Of a stretch of 64,000 bases of DNA, positions 10,403-18,435 are shown one piece after another. Origin of the DNA: Desulfobacterales bacterium (GTDB lineage: Bacteria > Desulfobacterota > Desulfobacteria > Desulfobacterales > RPRI01); the NCBI GenBank assembly GCA_046485065.1, contig JAWOHP010000108.1, forward strand, positions 992 to 64,991, in the 5' to 3' direction. A model generated the notes under the pieces. That model had not been told where the DNA came from. It saw only the letters and a list, made by a program, of their open reading frames with translations, and did not search any database. A program made the position numbers and the translations under genes. Every line of letters starts with the position of its first letter. Position 1 is the stretch's first letter.

Positions 10403-10843
10403 TTGGCAAAAGAAGAAGGTATAGTATTGAGAACCGGCCTGGACACAGCATGGGTTAAGACTACGAGAACAGACGCATGTCATTCGTGCGAAGCAAAAGA
10501 CGCATGTAATATGCTCGGCGGCGGGAAAGATTCAGAGATTGAGGCGATTAATAAAATCGGGGCCGAAGCAGACGACAGGGTTGTTATAGGTTTTGAATCC
10601 TCATCGTTGTTTAAAGCCTCTTTCCTTCTATATATATTGCCGATTGTATTTATGATTGCCGGCGCACTGACAGGGCAGAAGCTTTCATTAAAATACGGTT
10701 TTGACGAGACACTTTTTTCAGCAGGCGCCGCTTTTTTCTCTTTTGCCGCCGCTTTTTTTCTTGTCAGGGTGTTGGGAGACAGGATGGCCCGAAAGGATGC
10801 CTACAAAGCTAAAATAATAAAAATAATAAGGCATAAAGTGTAA
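10403..10843 (+). CDS. RseC/MucC family (SoxR-reducing system) membrane protein
   Basis: N-terminal Cys motif ..CHSCEAKDAC.. followed by two hydrophobic helices. TTG start 10 nt after the upstream stop codon. Confidence 0.7.
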   Translation: MAKEEGIVLRTGLDTAWVKTTRTDACHSCEAKDACNMLGGGKDSEIEAINKIGAEADDRVVIGFESSSLFKASFLLYILPIVFMIAGALTGQKLSLKYGFDETLFSAGAAFFSFAAAFFLVRVLGDRMARKDAYKAKIIKIIRHKV

Positions 10844-10871
10844 AAACCCCGCTTGGAGCTCCTGCCGGGCT

Positions 10872-11951
10872 TTATTCAGGATATACAAACTTCTCTCCCC
10901 TGTAATTTTCAACCATAATGTTCCCGTCTGATACTGACCTGACATATTCCGGCAACAGCGGAATTTTTCCCCCTCCTCCGGGAAGGTCGATCATATATTG
11001 AGGCACACAAAGACCTGAAGCATGCCCGTGAAGAGATTTCATGATGTTAAGACCTTCTTTGATTGTAACCCTGAAATGCGAGGTTCCTCTTACAACATCC
11101 GGATGATGAATATAGTACGGCCTGACTCTAATGGTAAGAAGTTTTTTCATGAGAGTCAGCATTACTGACGGATTATCATTAACACCCTTAAGAAGAACCG
11201 TCTGGGAACCTAGTGGAATGCCGGCATCGGCAAGAACGGCACAGGCGAAAGCCGCTTCATCTGTTATTTCATCCGGATGGTTAAAATGAGTGTTGATGAA
11301 TAAGGGATTATATTGCCTCAATATATCCGCAAGATTTTTTGTAATTCGCTGAGGCAGAGTGCATGGAACTCTTGTGTGAAGGCGTAGTATTTCAACATGT
11401 TTTATCGAACGAAGATCTTTAAGGATGTGTTCAATGGCATAGTCCTCCAGTAAAAGCGGATCGCCGCCGGATATGACCACTTCACGAATTGTTTTATTTC
11501 CTCTGATATAGTCTGTGCCCGAAGTTATTGTGGATTCGGTAACCGTAAAAGGGTGCCCCACTTTTCGTTTTCTCATGCAGAAACGGCAATACATGGCGCA
11601 TTGATTTGAAACCATGAAAAGAACCCTGTCGGGATAGCGATGTATGAGATTTGGAACAGGAGACTGCGGTTCCTCGCATAAGGGATCATCAGAACCGGAA
11701 ATATCTTCAATCTCCCTTGAATCCGGAACGGCCTGTTTCAGGATATGCTTCTCTTTATGTTTTATCAAAGAAAGGTAGTAATGATTTATCCGCATCGGAT
11801 AAAGTTCAGTTACCTTTTCTATTTCATTCTTATCGACTTGAAGATGTTTTGCTAGATCTTCAGCCGTGCATATACTGTCTGAAAGTAAATCGTGCCAGTC
11901 TGAATATTTTTTATAGCTGTTTTCTTTCAAATCTGTTAATTTCTCCGTCAC
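10872..11951 (-). CDS. KamA-family radical SAM protein (lysine 2,3-aminomutase-like)
   Basis: CAMYCRFCMRK (CxxxCxxC), GGDPLLL, and C-terminal GGGGKIPL. The start is set to the GTG at 11951 (GAGAGGG 5 nt upstream). The longer track ORF up to 12095 would translate an intergenic repeat copy. The start remains uncertain. Confidence 0.8.
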   Translation of the reverse strand: MTEKLTDLKENSYKKYSDWHDLLSDSICTAEDLAKHLQVDKNEIEKVTELYPMRINHYYLSLIKHKEKHILKQAVPDSREIEDISGSDDPLCEEPQSPVPNLIHRYPDRVLFMVSNQCAMYCRFCMRKRKVGHPFTVTESTITSGTDYIRGNKTIREVVISGGDPLLLEDYAIEHILKDLRSIKHVEILRLHTRVPCTLPQRITKNLADILRQYNPLFINTHFNHPDEITDEAAFACAVLADAGIPLGSQTVLLKGVNDNPSVMLTLMKKLLTIRVRPYYIHHPDVVRGTSHFRVTIKEGLNIMKSLHGHASGLCVPQYMIDLPGGGGKIPLLPEYVRSVSDGNIMVENYRGEKFVYPE

Positions 11952-11985
11952 CCTAACCCTCTCCCGCAAGGGGAGATGGAATTTT
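11949..11985 (-). repeat. Second (inverted, single-hairpin) copy of the GC-rich repeat
   Basis: The forward strand CACCCTAACCCTCTCCCGCAAGGGGAGATGGAAT is the reverse complement of ATTCCATCTCCCC.TG.GGGAGA.GGGT..TAGGG seen at 8229-8266. Confidence 0.65.
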
Positions 11986-12073
11986 TTACGAGTCCATTGC
12001 GAGTTTAATTTATAAGGTTTTATTTGGCAAGGATGAAACTCTCGAAGAAGGAAAAGAAGTTTTAGGAAAAACC

Positions 12074-12793
12074 ATGAAAAATATAAAATCGTCATATGAT
12101 TACACGGAAAAATTGAAGAGGAAAATAAAAAAATGGGGCGCAGATCTTTCCGGAATTGCCGATCTCGAGCCTTTAAAAGAGCTTGAGGTTAATCCACCGG
12201 ACCTTCTTGACGGCTTTACAAGGGCTGTTTCGATTGCAGTAATGCTTCCTGTTGCCGTTTTTGAACAGATCAAGGACAGGCCGACGCCTCTTTATGCTTC
12301 CGTTTATCAGACGGCAAACCGTATGCTCGATGAAATGGCTTTCAAAATCTCCGTTTTGCTTCAGATCGACGGTTATTTGAGCCTTCCCGTTCCGGCATCC
12401 CAGGTTCTGGACAGAAAGAACTGGACGGGCGCAATAAGCCATAAAGCTGTTGCGAGAATGGCAGGTATCGGATGGCAGGGGAAAAACCTTCTTCTTATCA
12501 CGGCAAAATACGGATCAAGGGTGCGCCTTGTCACCGTACTGACGAACGCTCCGTTAAAGGTTGACGGTCCTGTAAAGAACAGGTGCGGAGAATGCACCAT
12601 GTGCCGTGATGCCTGTCCTGTAGGAGCGATTAAAGGTGTCGGCACCGAAACATATTACCATGAGAGGGAAGAGGCGCTTTATCTTGAACGATGTGCCGGT
12701 AAGCTGACCGGTGAGTTTGCAGCAATTCCTGATATCGGAGTTCCCGTGTGCGGTATCTGCATAAAGGTTTGTCCTTTCGGACGCAGATCGTGA
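12074..12793 (+). CDS. QueG/RdhA-superfamily Fe-S protein, short form (epoxyqueuosine reductase-like)
   Basis: Two ferredoxin motifs, CGECTMCRDACPVGAI and CGICIKVCPFG. The preceding region (..AVARMAGIGWQGKNLLLIT..) resembles QueG. Confidence 0.6.
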   Translation: MKNIKSSYDYTEKLKRKIKKWGADLSGIADLEPLKELEVNPPDLLDGFTRAVSIAVMLPVAVFEQIKDRPTPLYASVYQTANRMLDEMAFKISVLLQIDGYLSLPVPASQVLDRKNWTGAISHKAVARMAGIGWQGKNLLLITAKYGSRVRLVTVLTNAPLKVDGPVKNRCGECTMCRDACPVGAIKGVGTETYYHEREEALYLERCAGKLTGEFAAIPDIGVPVCGICIKVCPFGRRS

Positions 12794-12985
12794 ATCGCGG
12801 ATCGCAGATCGTGAATCGCGGATCGTAGATCGGGAATCGTAGATAGTGGATCGTGTATTGTAGACGCGGATCCGCCACACAAATTGGTGGACCTTCGGCG
12901 AACCACGAATCACGAACGACGATAAACGAACATCGTACATCGAACTTCGCTTTTCGATATTCGAAATTCGATATTCGATGTCCGG
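12784..12985. repeat. Palindromic low-complexity element (GATCGTGAATCG-type units, then their complement)
   Basis: A perfect 21-bp direct repeat CAGATCGTGAATCGCGGATCG x2 (12784-12825), degenerate copies, a central hairpin CCAC..GTGG, then complementary CGAATCACGAACG/TTCGATATTCGA units. Confidence 0.7.
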
Positions 12986-13035
12986 CTTTTCAGTGTCTCC
13001 GTGGTGATAAAAAGAGGAGGAGGGCGAAGAGGAAA

Positions 13036-13845
13036 ATGATTTGGTTTACGCAGATTCACCCGGTATTTCAGGCTTTTTGCGCTACTTTATTTACGTGGTT
13101 TCTTACAGCTCTCGGTGCGGCCTGTGTCTTCGGTTTTAAAAACATGGGCAGAAAGACGCTTGACGGGATGCTTGGATTTGCTGCCGGTGTTATGATAGCC
13201 GCAAGCTACTGGTCCCTTCTTGCCCCTGCCATCGAGATGTCGGAAGAACTTGGATTTCCCGCATGGCTTCCGGCCGTTACAGGATTTCTTACAGGAGGTT
13301 TCTTCCTCTGGGGTATCGACAAGGTGCTTCCCCATCTTCATATCGGTTTTAAAACAGAAGAGGCTGAAGGGATAAAAACAGACTGGCATCGCAGCATTCT
13401 TCTTGTTCTTGCCATAACGCTTCATAACATTCCGGAAGGTCTTGCCGTGGGAGTAGCGTTCGGGGCTGCGGCAGCTGGATATCCGGCCGCTTCACTTGCC
13501 GGAGCGATTGCCCTTGCAGTCGGAATAGGGATCCAAAATTTTCCGGAAGGCGTGGCGGTCTCGATACCTCTTAAAAGGGAAGGGATGTCGGCCGGAAAAA
13601 GTTTCTGGTACGGGCAGTTATCCGGCGTTGTCGAGCCTGTTGCCGGTGTTATAGGCGCAAGCGTTGTTTTTTTCGCAAAGCCGATTCTTCCCTTTGCTCT
13701 TTCATTTGCGGCAGGCGCCATGATTTTTGTCGTAACCGAAGAATTAATCCCTGAATCACAGCGCGGAGGCAACACCGATTTTGCCACGATTTTTACCATG
13801 ATCGGTTTTGCTGTTATGATGATGCTTGATGTCGCTTTCGGATAG
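13036..13845 (+). CDS. ZIP family divalent metal transporter (ZupT-like)
   Basis: Polytopic, with [10 protein letters not shown] and [10 protein letters not shown] motifs. The start was moved to the ATG at 13036 after a purine-rich SD. The track extension from 12853 translates low-complexity repeats. Confidence 0.85.
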   Translation: MIWFTQIHPVFQAFCATLFTWFLTALGAACVFGFKNMGRKTLDGMLGFAAGVMIAASYWSLLAPAIEMSEELGFPAWLPAVTGFLTGGFFLWGIDKVLPHLHIGFKTEEAEGIKTDWHRSILLVLAITLHNIPEGLAVGVAFGAAAAGYPAASLAGAIALAVGIGIQNFPEGVAVSIPLKREGMSAGKSFWYGQLSGVVEPVAGVIGASVVFFAKPILPFALSFAAGAMIFVVTEELIPESQRGGNTDFATIFTMIGFAVMMMLDVAFG

Positions 13846-13986
13846 TTTCCATCCGGAAACAGGCCTTTTTCGTTGACAGAAATGCTTTAAAATTATATAG
13901 ATAACTTAAATCACCCACCCAATCACCTGATTTGGTAAGTTTATATATAATAGTTCCTATCGCAATTTTTTTGAGGCAGATTATTT

Positions 13987-14286
13987 GTGAATGATTTTAT
14001 CCGGAAAATGATCACTTCCAGAAAAGAGCTGTTCTGGGATAAAGGACCGTTGGATCCGGAGAAAGATAAGTTCGTTATCGTCGAAAGGATTCTTGAGTTT
14101 GGAACTGAAAAGGAATCTCAGGCGGTTATATCCCGCTATGGTGAAGAATTTGTCAGGGAGGTAGTTCGCAGCAGCCGGAATCTCAGCCCTAAAACTGTTA
14201 ATTATTTTGCCTGGTTACTAGACATTTCCCGGGAGGCTACACGATGTTTTTCCGATGTATCACCTCGGATATGGCAGCCATTCTAA
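13987..14286 (+). CDS. Small conserved-looking protein upstream of the AbiEii-type nucleotidyltransferase (putative antitoxin partner)
   Basis: 99-aa ORF with a GTG start that overlaps the downstream gene by 43 nt. No family was recognised. The antitoxin role is inferred from position only. Confidence 0.45.
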   Translation: MNDFIRKMITSRKELFWDKGPLDPEKDKFVIVERILEFGTEKESQAVISRYGEEFVREVVRSSRNLSPKTVNYFAWLLDISREATRCFSDVSPRIWQPF

Positions 14287-14918
14287 AAAATCCGTACCTG
14301 AAGAAACTCCCCCCGCAAACATATCTGGCGGGCGGCACTGCTGTGGCTCTTCATCTCGGCCATCGACTCTCCATAGACCTTGACTTTTTCACACCTTATG
14401 ATCTGGACAGTCTGCAATGGTTCAAAGGGTTGCAAACCGCCTTTGCCGGAGATTTTACATTATCTGCCGTAAAAATTGAGAAGAATTCCCTGGTTGTGAC
14501 CATGAACAGCACGGGATTTGGGCTTTTTGCTTATCCATACGATCTTATTGAAATGGCTGTTCAGGACGACTCTCTTCCTGTTCCGCTTGCTTCACTGCGC
14601 GATCTTGCTTTAATGAAGCTTATAGCCATTAATCAACGCGGAGCCTGCAAGGATTTCATCGACTTGAAGTTTATATTGGAACATACCGGCATGACTTTAG
14701 GAATTCTCATGCAGGATCTTGGCAGAAAATACGCTATTGGAGAAGAGATTTTATTTCAACTCAAAAAAAGTCTGGTCTTTTTTGAAGACGCCGAGCGGGA
14801 CTTGAATGTGAATATGTATTCTATTAACAACGGGTGCTTTGAGCGTCTTTCAGAAGAAAAATGGTTGGCAACTAAACGTTTTTTTGTGGAAGAAATCCGA
14901 AATCCGAAACAAAGTTGA
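14244..14918 (+). CDS. Nucleotidyltransferase AbiEii/AbiGii toxin family (DUF1814-like)
   Basis: ..LAGGTAVALHLGHRLSIDLDFF.. is the typical AbiEii NTase motif. GGGAGG SD 7 nt upstream of the ATG at 14244. The last codons (..EEIRNPKQS) run into a low-complexity repeat. Confidence 0.7.
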   Translation: MFFRCITSDMAAILKNPYLKKLPPQTYLAGGTAVALHLGHRLSIDLDFFTPYDLDSLQWFKGLQTAFAGDFTLSAVKIEKNSLVVTMNSTGFGLFAYPYDLIEMAVQDDSLPVPLASLRDLALMKLIAINQRGACKDFIDLKFILEHTGMTLGILMQDLGRKYAIGEEILFQLKKSLVFFEDAERDLNVNMYSINNGCFERLSEEKWLATKRFFVEEIRNPKQS

Positions 14919-15022
14919 AAAAGACACAGTATTCGGTACAATATCATTTTGATGTCTATTATGAGTATAGTTTCTTAAAAAAAAATGATAAGAAAGTATT
15001 CCTGATATAAATCGTGACGCTT

Positions 15023-15058
15023 GGGGTTCAAGGATTCGAGGATTCAAGTGGTTCAGGG
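15023..15058. repeat. GGATTCAAG-type tandem octamer/nonamer array
   Basis: GGGGTTCAAGGATTCGAGGATTCAAGTGGTTCAGGG. Related arrays occur at 25365-25383 and 35409-35442. Confidence 0.65.
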
Positions 15059-16678
15059 AGAGGATGAATAAATTTCCTCCTGCTCGTCAAGAATATCCCG
15101 GAGGATATCGATATCGGTCAAAGGATTCATTATTACGCAGCGTAAAACAACAATTTTTTCAATTTGTTGGTTATATATATTTAAAGTTGTTCTTGAAACA
15201 AAGCTTTTGCCAGACTCTCTCTGAAGCCTTTGGACGGTTATATTGATATCATTTAGTTTTTCATTGAGCAGGCATCTGCGTTCTTCACCGCAGTTTTCAA
15301 GCTCTTTTTTTATTGCAGCCGGACATAATCTATACGTGAGGATGTTCAGCTCAGGAGGAGTGACAAGCTCAAAATCGGCTCTTCTGTCTATTTCTTCCGC
15401 GAAACTTTTAGCCGTTTCAATGCCGTGTTCGATAAGAAGAGCGTAACCCCCGCTTCCCATTATTTTGAGGGCGCTGTCTAAAATCAGAGAGTTCGCCTCT
15501 CTCGATCCTGAAAGAGATTTGATTCCGAGATCAACCGAGCCGGGCCTGTTCACGTAGTTAGCGTGATAGATTATCGAATCCATCTTGCACGGATCTCTGA
15601 AATAGACCATTCCTGAACTCATCGGCATGTAAAACTGCTTGTGCCCGTCTATTGTGACTGAATCGGCAAGCTCGATGCCGTCAAGAAGATGCCTGTATTT
15701 ATCGGACAGGAGAACCGGTCCACCCCATGCGGCATCTATATGATAGTGTATCCCGTTTTCAGCGCAAATTTTCCCGATTTGCCGCAAGGGATCCACCGTT
15801 CCGGTTTCTGTTGTGCCGGCAATGCCAACAATTGCGATTATTTTTGTCCGGATGGGGCTTCTTTTAATTTCATTAATTTTTTCCTTTAGGCTTTTAATGT
15901 CTACCCTGCAGGTCCTGTCCGTTTCTATTGGTATTATATTCCGGTTGCCTATGCCAAGAACTCCCCCGGCTTTTTTCAGTGAAAAATGTCCGAGCCTGGA
16001 GACAAGGATTACACTTCTTTCTATACCGTGTGCCCGGTATGCTGAATATATCCCTTCTTTATCCGCGCCTTCAAAGCCTTCTTTCGGGGCGAACTGCGTG
16101 TTTCTTGCGACCCACAGGGCAGTCAGATTTGCAAGTGTTCCGTTTTCCGTGAAGCATCCGAGGGATGTCCGCGTATTCTGCACGTGTTCAATATAAAATT
16201 CATCGCTTTGCCTGTAAATAATTCTGTGAATCTTTGCGAGAACCTGCTTTTCGATAACGGACAGGACTTTTGAAGTTTCGAGCTTGACAACATTCTGGTT
16301 AAGAGCGGCAGTGATTGTCTTGAGGTGAACCATGAAAAAAGGTATAGCCGAAGTCATGTGGCCTATAAAGTAAGGAGAGGCTACATTGACCGCGTGGGGC
16401 GCTATCTCTTCAATCAGATCGGTGATTACATCGGCAAGTTTTTTTTCGGGATTTTCACTGATAAGGGTATCTTTGTATCTTTCCGAAAGCTCCCTTAAAC
16501 TCACCTCTTCAGTAATGCCAACATGGGTATTCAGAAAATCATGAAGACCGAAAAGAATCTGTTCCATGTATTTTACAAGGGTGTCTCTTGCGGCAGTGTT
16601 CTCCGGCCTTATAAATGTTCGCATGAGGGACTGCCGGTCGGCTACCAGTTCTCTGTGCGGTCTGCTTCGCTCTTTCAT
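15053..16678 (-). CDS. Group II PLP-dependent decarboxylase (GAD/DABA/aspartate-1-decarboxylase PanP-like)
   Basis: ..TIDGHKQFYMP.. is the PLP-lysine motif. The length (~541 aa) and overall pattern fit pyridoxal-dependent decarboxylases. The substrate cannot be read from sequence. Confidence 0.8.
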   Translation of the reverse strand: MKERSRPHRELVADRQSLMRTFIRPENTAARDTLVKYMEQILFGLHDFLNTHVGITEEVSLRELSERYKDTLISENPEKKLADVITDLIEEIAPHAVNVASPYFIGHMTSAIPFFMVHLKTITAALNQNVVKLETSKVLSVIEKQVLAKIHRIIYRQSDEFYIEHVQNTRTSLGCFTENGTLANLTALWVARNTQFAPKEGFEGADKEGIYSAYRAHGIERSVILVSRLGHFSLKKAGGVLGIGNRNIIPIETDRTCRVDIKSLKEKINEIKRSPIRTKIIAIVGIAGTTETGTVDPLRQIGKICAENGIHYHIDAAWGGPVLLSDKYRHLLDGIELADSVTIDGHKQFYMPMSSGMVYFRDPCKMDSIIYHANYVNRPGSVDLGIKSLSGSREANSLILDSALKIMGSGGYALLIEHGIETAKSFAEEIDRRADFELVTPPELNILTYRLCPAAIKKELENCGEERRCLLNEKLNDINITVQRLQRESGKSFVSRTTLNIYNQQIEKIVVLRCVIMNPLTDIDILRDILDEQEEIYSSSP

Positions 16679-17154
16679 TTAAATGTCTTTACAGCAAGTT
16701 GTCCAAGAAGCTTTCCGTAGTTGATACATTCTTTCTTAACATTTTCATCGGGCGCGCCTACCGATACCGGCCCGTAATGGTTTCCTTTTTGAACGCCCTG
16801 AATAATCATCCCGTGGATAAGGAAACCCTGCAGAATGCTTAATATTGTTGTTTCATTTCCGCCCCCTATAGCGCCGGATGAAGTGAATGCTCCGCCGATT
16901 TTTCCGTTCAGTTTCCCAAAAAATTTTACACTTCTATCCATCAGTTCTTTTACTTCAGCAGTCATTACACCAAAATAGGTAGGGCTTCCGAATATTATGA
17001 CATCCGAATTGAGCATATCTTCCAATGCCGTTTCAGATATCTTTTTTACCGTGACTTCCATCTTTTCAACCGAGCTGATTCCCTCCTTAATATATCCGGC
17101 CATTTTCTTAGTGTTACCCGATCTTGAATAATATGAGATGAGTGCTTTCGGCAT
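16675..17154 (-). CDS. Flavodoxin-family FMN protein
   Basis: MPKALISYYSRSGNTKKMA.. (flavodoxin phosphate loop) and ..IIFGSPTYFG... Its TGA stop overlaps the ATG of the downstream decarboxylase (ATGA). Confidence 0.8.
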   Translation of the reverse strand: MPKALISYYSRSGNTKKMAGYIKEGISSVEKMEVTVKKISETALEDMLNSDVIIFGSPTYFGVMTAEVKELMDRSVKFFGKLNGKIGGAFTSSGAIGGGNETTILSILQGFLIHGMIIQGVQKGNHYGPVSVGAPDENVKKECINYGKLLGQLAVKTFK

Positions 17155-17222
17155 TTTGTCCTCCCTTTATCAGTTATCAGATATTCATCCCGTTGATTCA
17201 GTCTGAAAACAAAAAAATCTTT

Positions 17223-17279
17223 GACAGGATTTACAGGATTGACATGATATAAAATCCGCTTGATCCTGCAGGTCCTGTC
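17223..17279. repeat. Inverted-repeat hairpin element (GACAGGATTTACAGGAT type)
   Basis: GACAGGATTTACAGGAT ... ATCCTGCAGGTCCTGTC. 14 of 17 positions are complementary, with a 23-nt spacer. Confidence 0.55.
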
Positions 17280-17479
17280 TGAAAACTGGACTTCCTTAAC
17301 ATAGCTTGAAATTCTTTCCAAGTTTTATATTTTCTGATGAAATACTGTTTGCAGAATAATATTAATAGATGATATGTGGCAAAATAATGAGAAGACAGGA
17401 GTCAGAATTCAGAAGACAGAAGAAGGGCATGTTGATTATTTGCCCTTTTCATATTCATAAAGATAAAAGGAGAACATAA

Positions 17480-18199
17480 ATGCGTTCATTAAATGGAGTA
17501 TTGTTTAGGTTCTTGGTTTTGGCGTTGATATGTGTATTCTTTTCCTCGCCGGTTTTTGCAGGAGATGAGAACAAAGCGGTAAAAGAGCAGAAAACAGTTA
17601 AAGCTGAAAAAGCAGTGAAAGAAACAAAAGTGGCAAAATCCGAACCTGTTGAAATAAAAGAAGCTCCAAAAGGCAATGTTGCCGTAGTCAACGGGGTGGC
17701 TATTACGCAGGACGATTTCGACCGGGAGCTTATTGGTGTCGAGGAACAGTCCGCCAATAGGGGAGAAAAGCTTGATGAGGCCAGGCTTTCCGAAATAAAA
17801 AAAAGGATTCTTGAAAAGCTTATTGATGGTGAACTTCTTTATCAGGAAAGCCAGAGAATGGGATTTAAAGTCGAAGACTCTGTAGTTGATGAACAATACG
17901 CCAAGTTCAAAGAGCAGTTTCCGAATGTTGAAGAGTTTAATAAAGAACTGGTTAAGGTCAAATTGACCGAAGCTTCCCTTAAAAGCCAGATTAAACAGGT
18001 TCTGACTATACAGCAGTTAATAGACAAGGAATTCATTCAGAAGATAACTGTTTCAGATGAAGAATTGAAGGCCTTTTTTGACACTCACCTGAAAAGCAGG
18101 ATTGAACAGAATCTAAAACAGGAAAAAATTCAAGCTGAAGTTGCCTTGTACCTTGATAAGTTGAAAGAAAAAGCCAAAGTGGAAAGGACGTTGCCTTAG
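17480..18199 (+). CDS. Secreted SurA-N-terminal-domain chaperone-like protein
   Basis: Signal peptide (..LALICVFFSSPVFAG), then ..AVVNGVAITQDDFDREL.. and ..ILEKLIDGELLYQES.., typical of SurA_N. AGGAG SD. Confidence 0.65.
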   Translation: MRSLNGVLFRFLVLALICVFFSSPVFAGDENKAVKEQKTVKAEKAVKETKVAKSEPVEIKEAPKGNVAVVNGVAITQDDFDRELIGVEEQSANRGEKLDEARLSEIKKRILEKLIDGELLYQESQRMGFKVEDSVVDEQYAKFKEQFPNVEEFNKELVKVKLTEASLKSQIKQVLTIQQLIDKEFIQKITVSDEELKAFFDTHLKSRIEQNLKQEKIQAEVALYLDKLKEKAKVERTLP

Positions 18200-18435
18200 C
18201 ATATTTTCACTTGACCGGGGCTGAAATATAAATTAATAGGGCTTTTTAAGTGATTATTCTTATTCAGTAAATAATAATTAATCATACATGGAGATCTTTG
18301 CATAACATCTGATTTAGAAGTCTATCAGGGTAATGGGTTTTGGCTTTCCGCTTATACTATAGATACAACCCGGAGATATTTAAAGCTCTCCGTTATTCAA
18401 AGGTTTCATAAACTGACCTTTATCGGAGGAATCTT

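Noticed and set aside
12784-12850. Possible CRISPR array suggested by the perfect 21-bp direct repeats.
   Set aside because: The repeats are contiguous with no unique spacers, the units are short and degenerate, the region is mirrored by complementary units, and no cas genes are present in the window.
12554-12940. ORFs 12554..12940(-), 12630..12878(-), 12679..12906(-), and the first 61 codons of 12853..13845(+).
   Set aside because: They translate the tandem/palindromic low-complexity repeat (peptides such as ..IRDSRSAIRDSRS.., ..HDLRSAIHDLRS..). The ZIP transporter has a proper SD-preceded ATG at 13036.
15905-15919. An identical 15-mer CCTGCAGGTCCTGTC inside the decarboxylase gene and in the repeat arm at 17265-17279.
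   Set aside because: For a 64-kb window read on both strands, several 15-mer coincidences are expected by chance. The copy at 15905 is ordinary coding sequence (..DRTCRVD..) with no flanking similarity.
18296-18312. A 17-nt match CTTTGCATAACATCTGA between the metF-paralogue leader and, inverted, 40308-40324 in the tRNA-adjacent hairpin region.
   Set aside because: This is about at the chance expectation for an AT-rich window of this size, and similarity does not extend convincingly beyond the core. It is kept only as a note in case a genome-wide search shows a family.
18200-18435. Riboswitch (THF/SAM-type) in the 236-nt leader of the orphan metF paralogue.
   Set aside because: Only one short hairpin (CGGAG..CTCCG) was seen, and I could not match any riboswitch consensus by eye. 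This needs a covariance-model scan rather than a claim.
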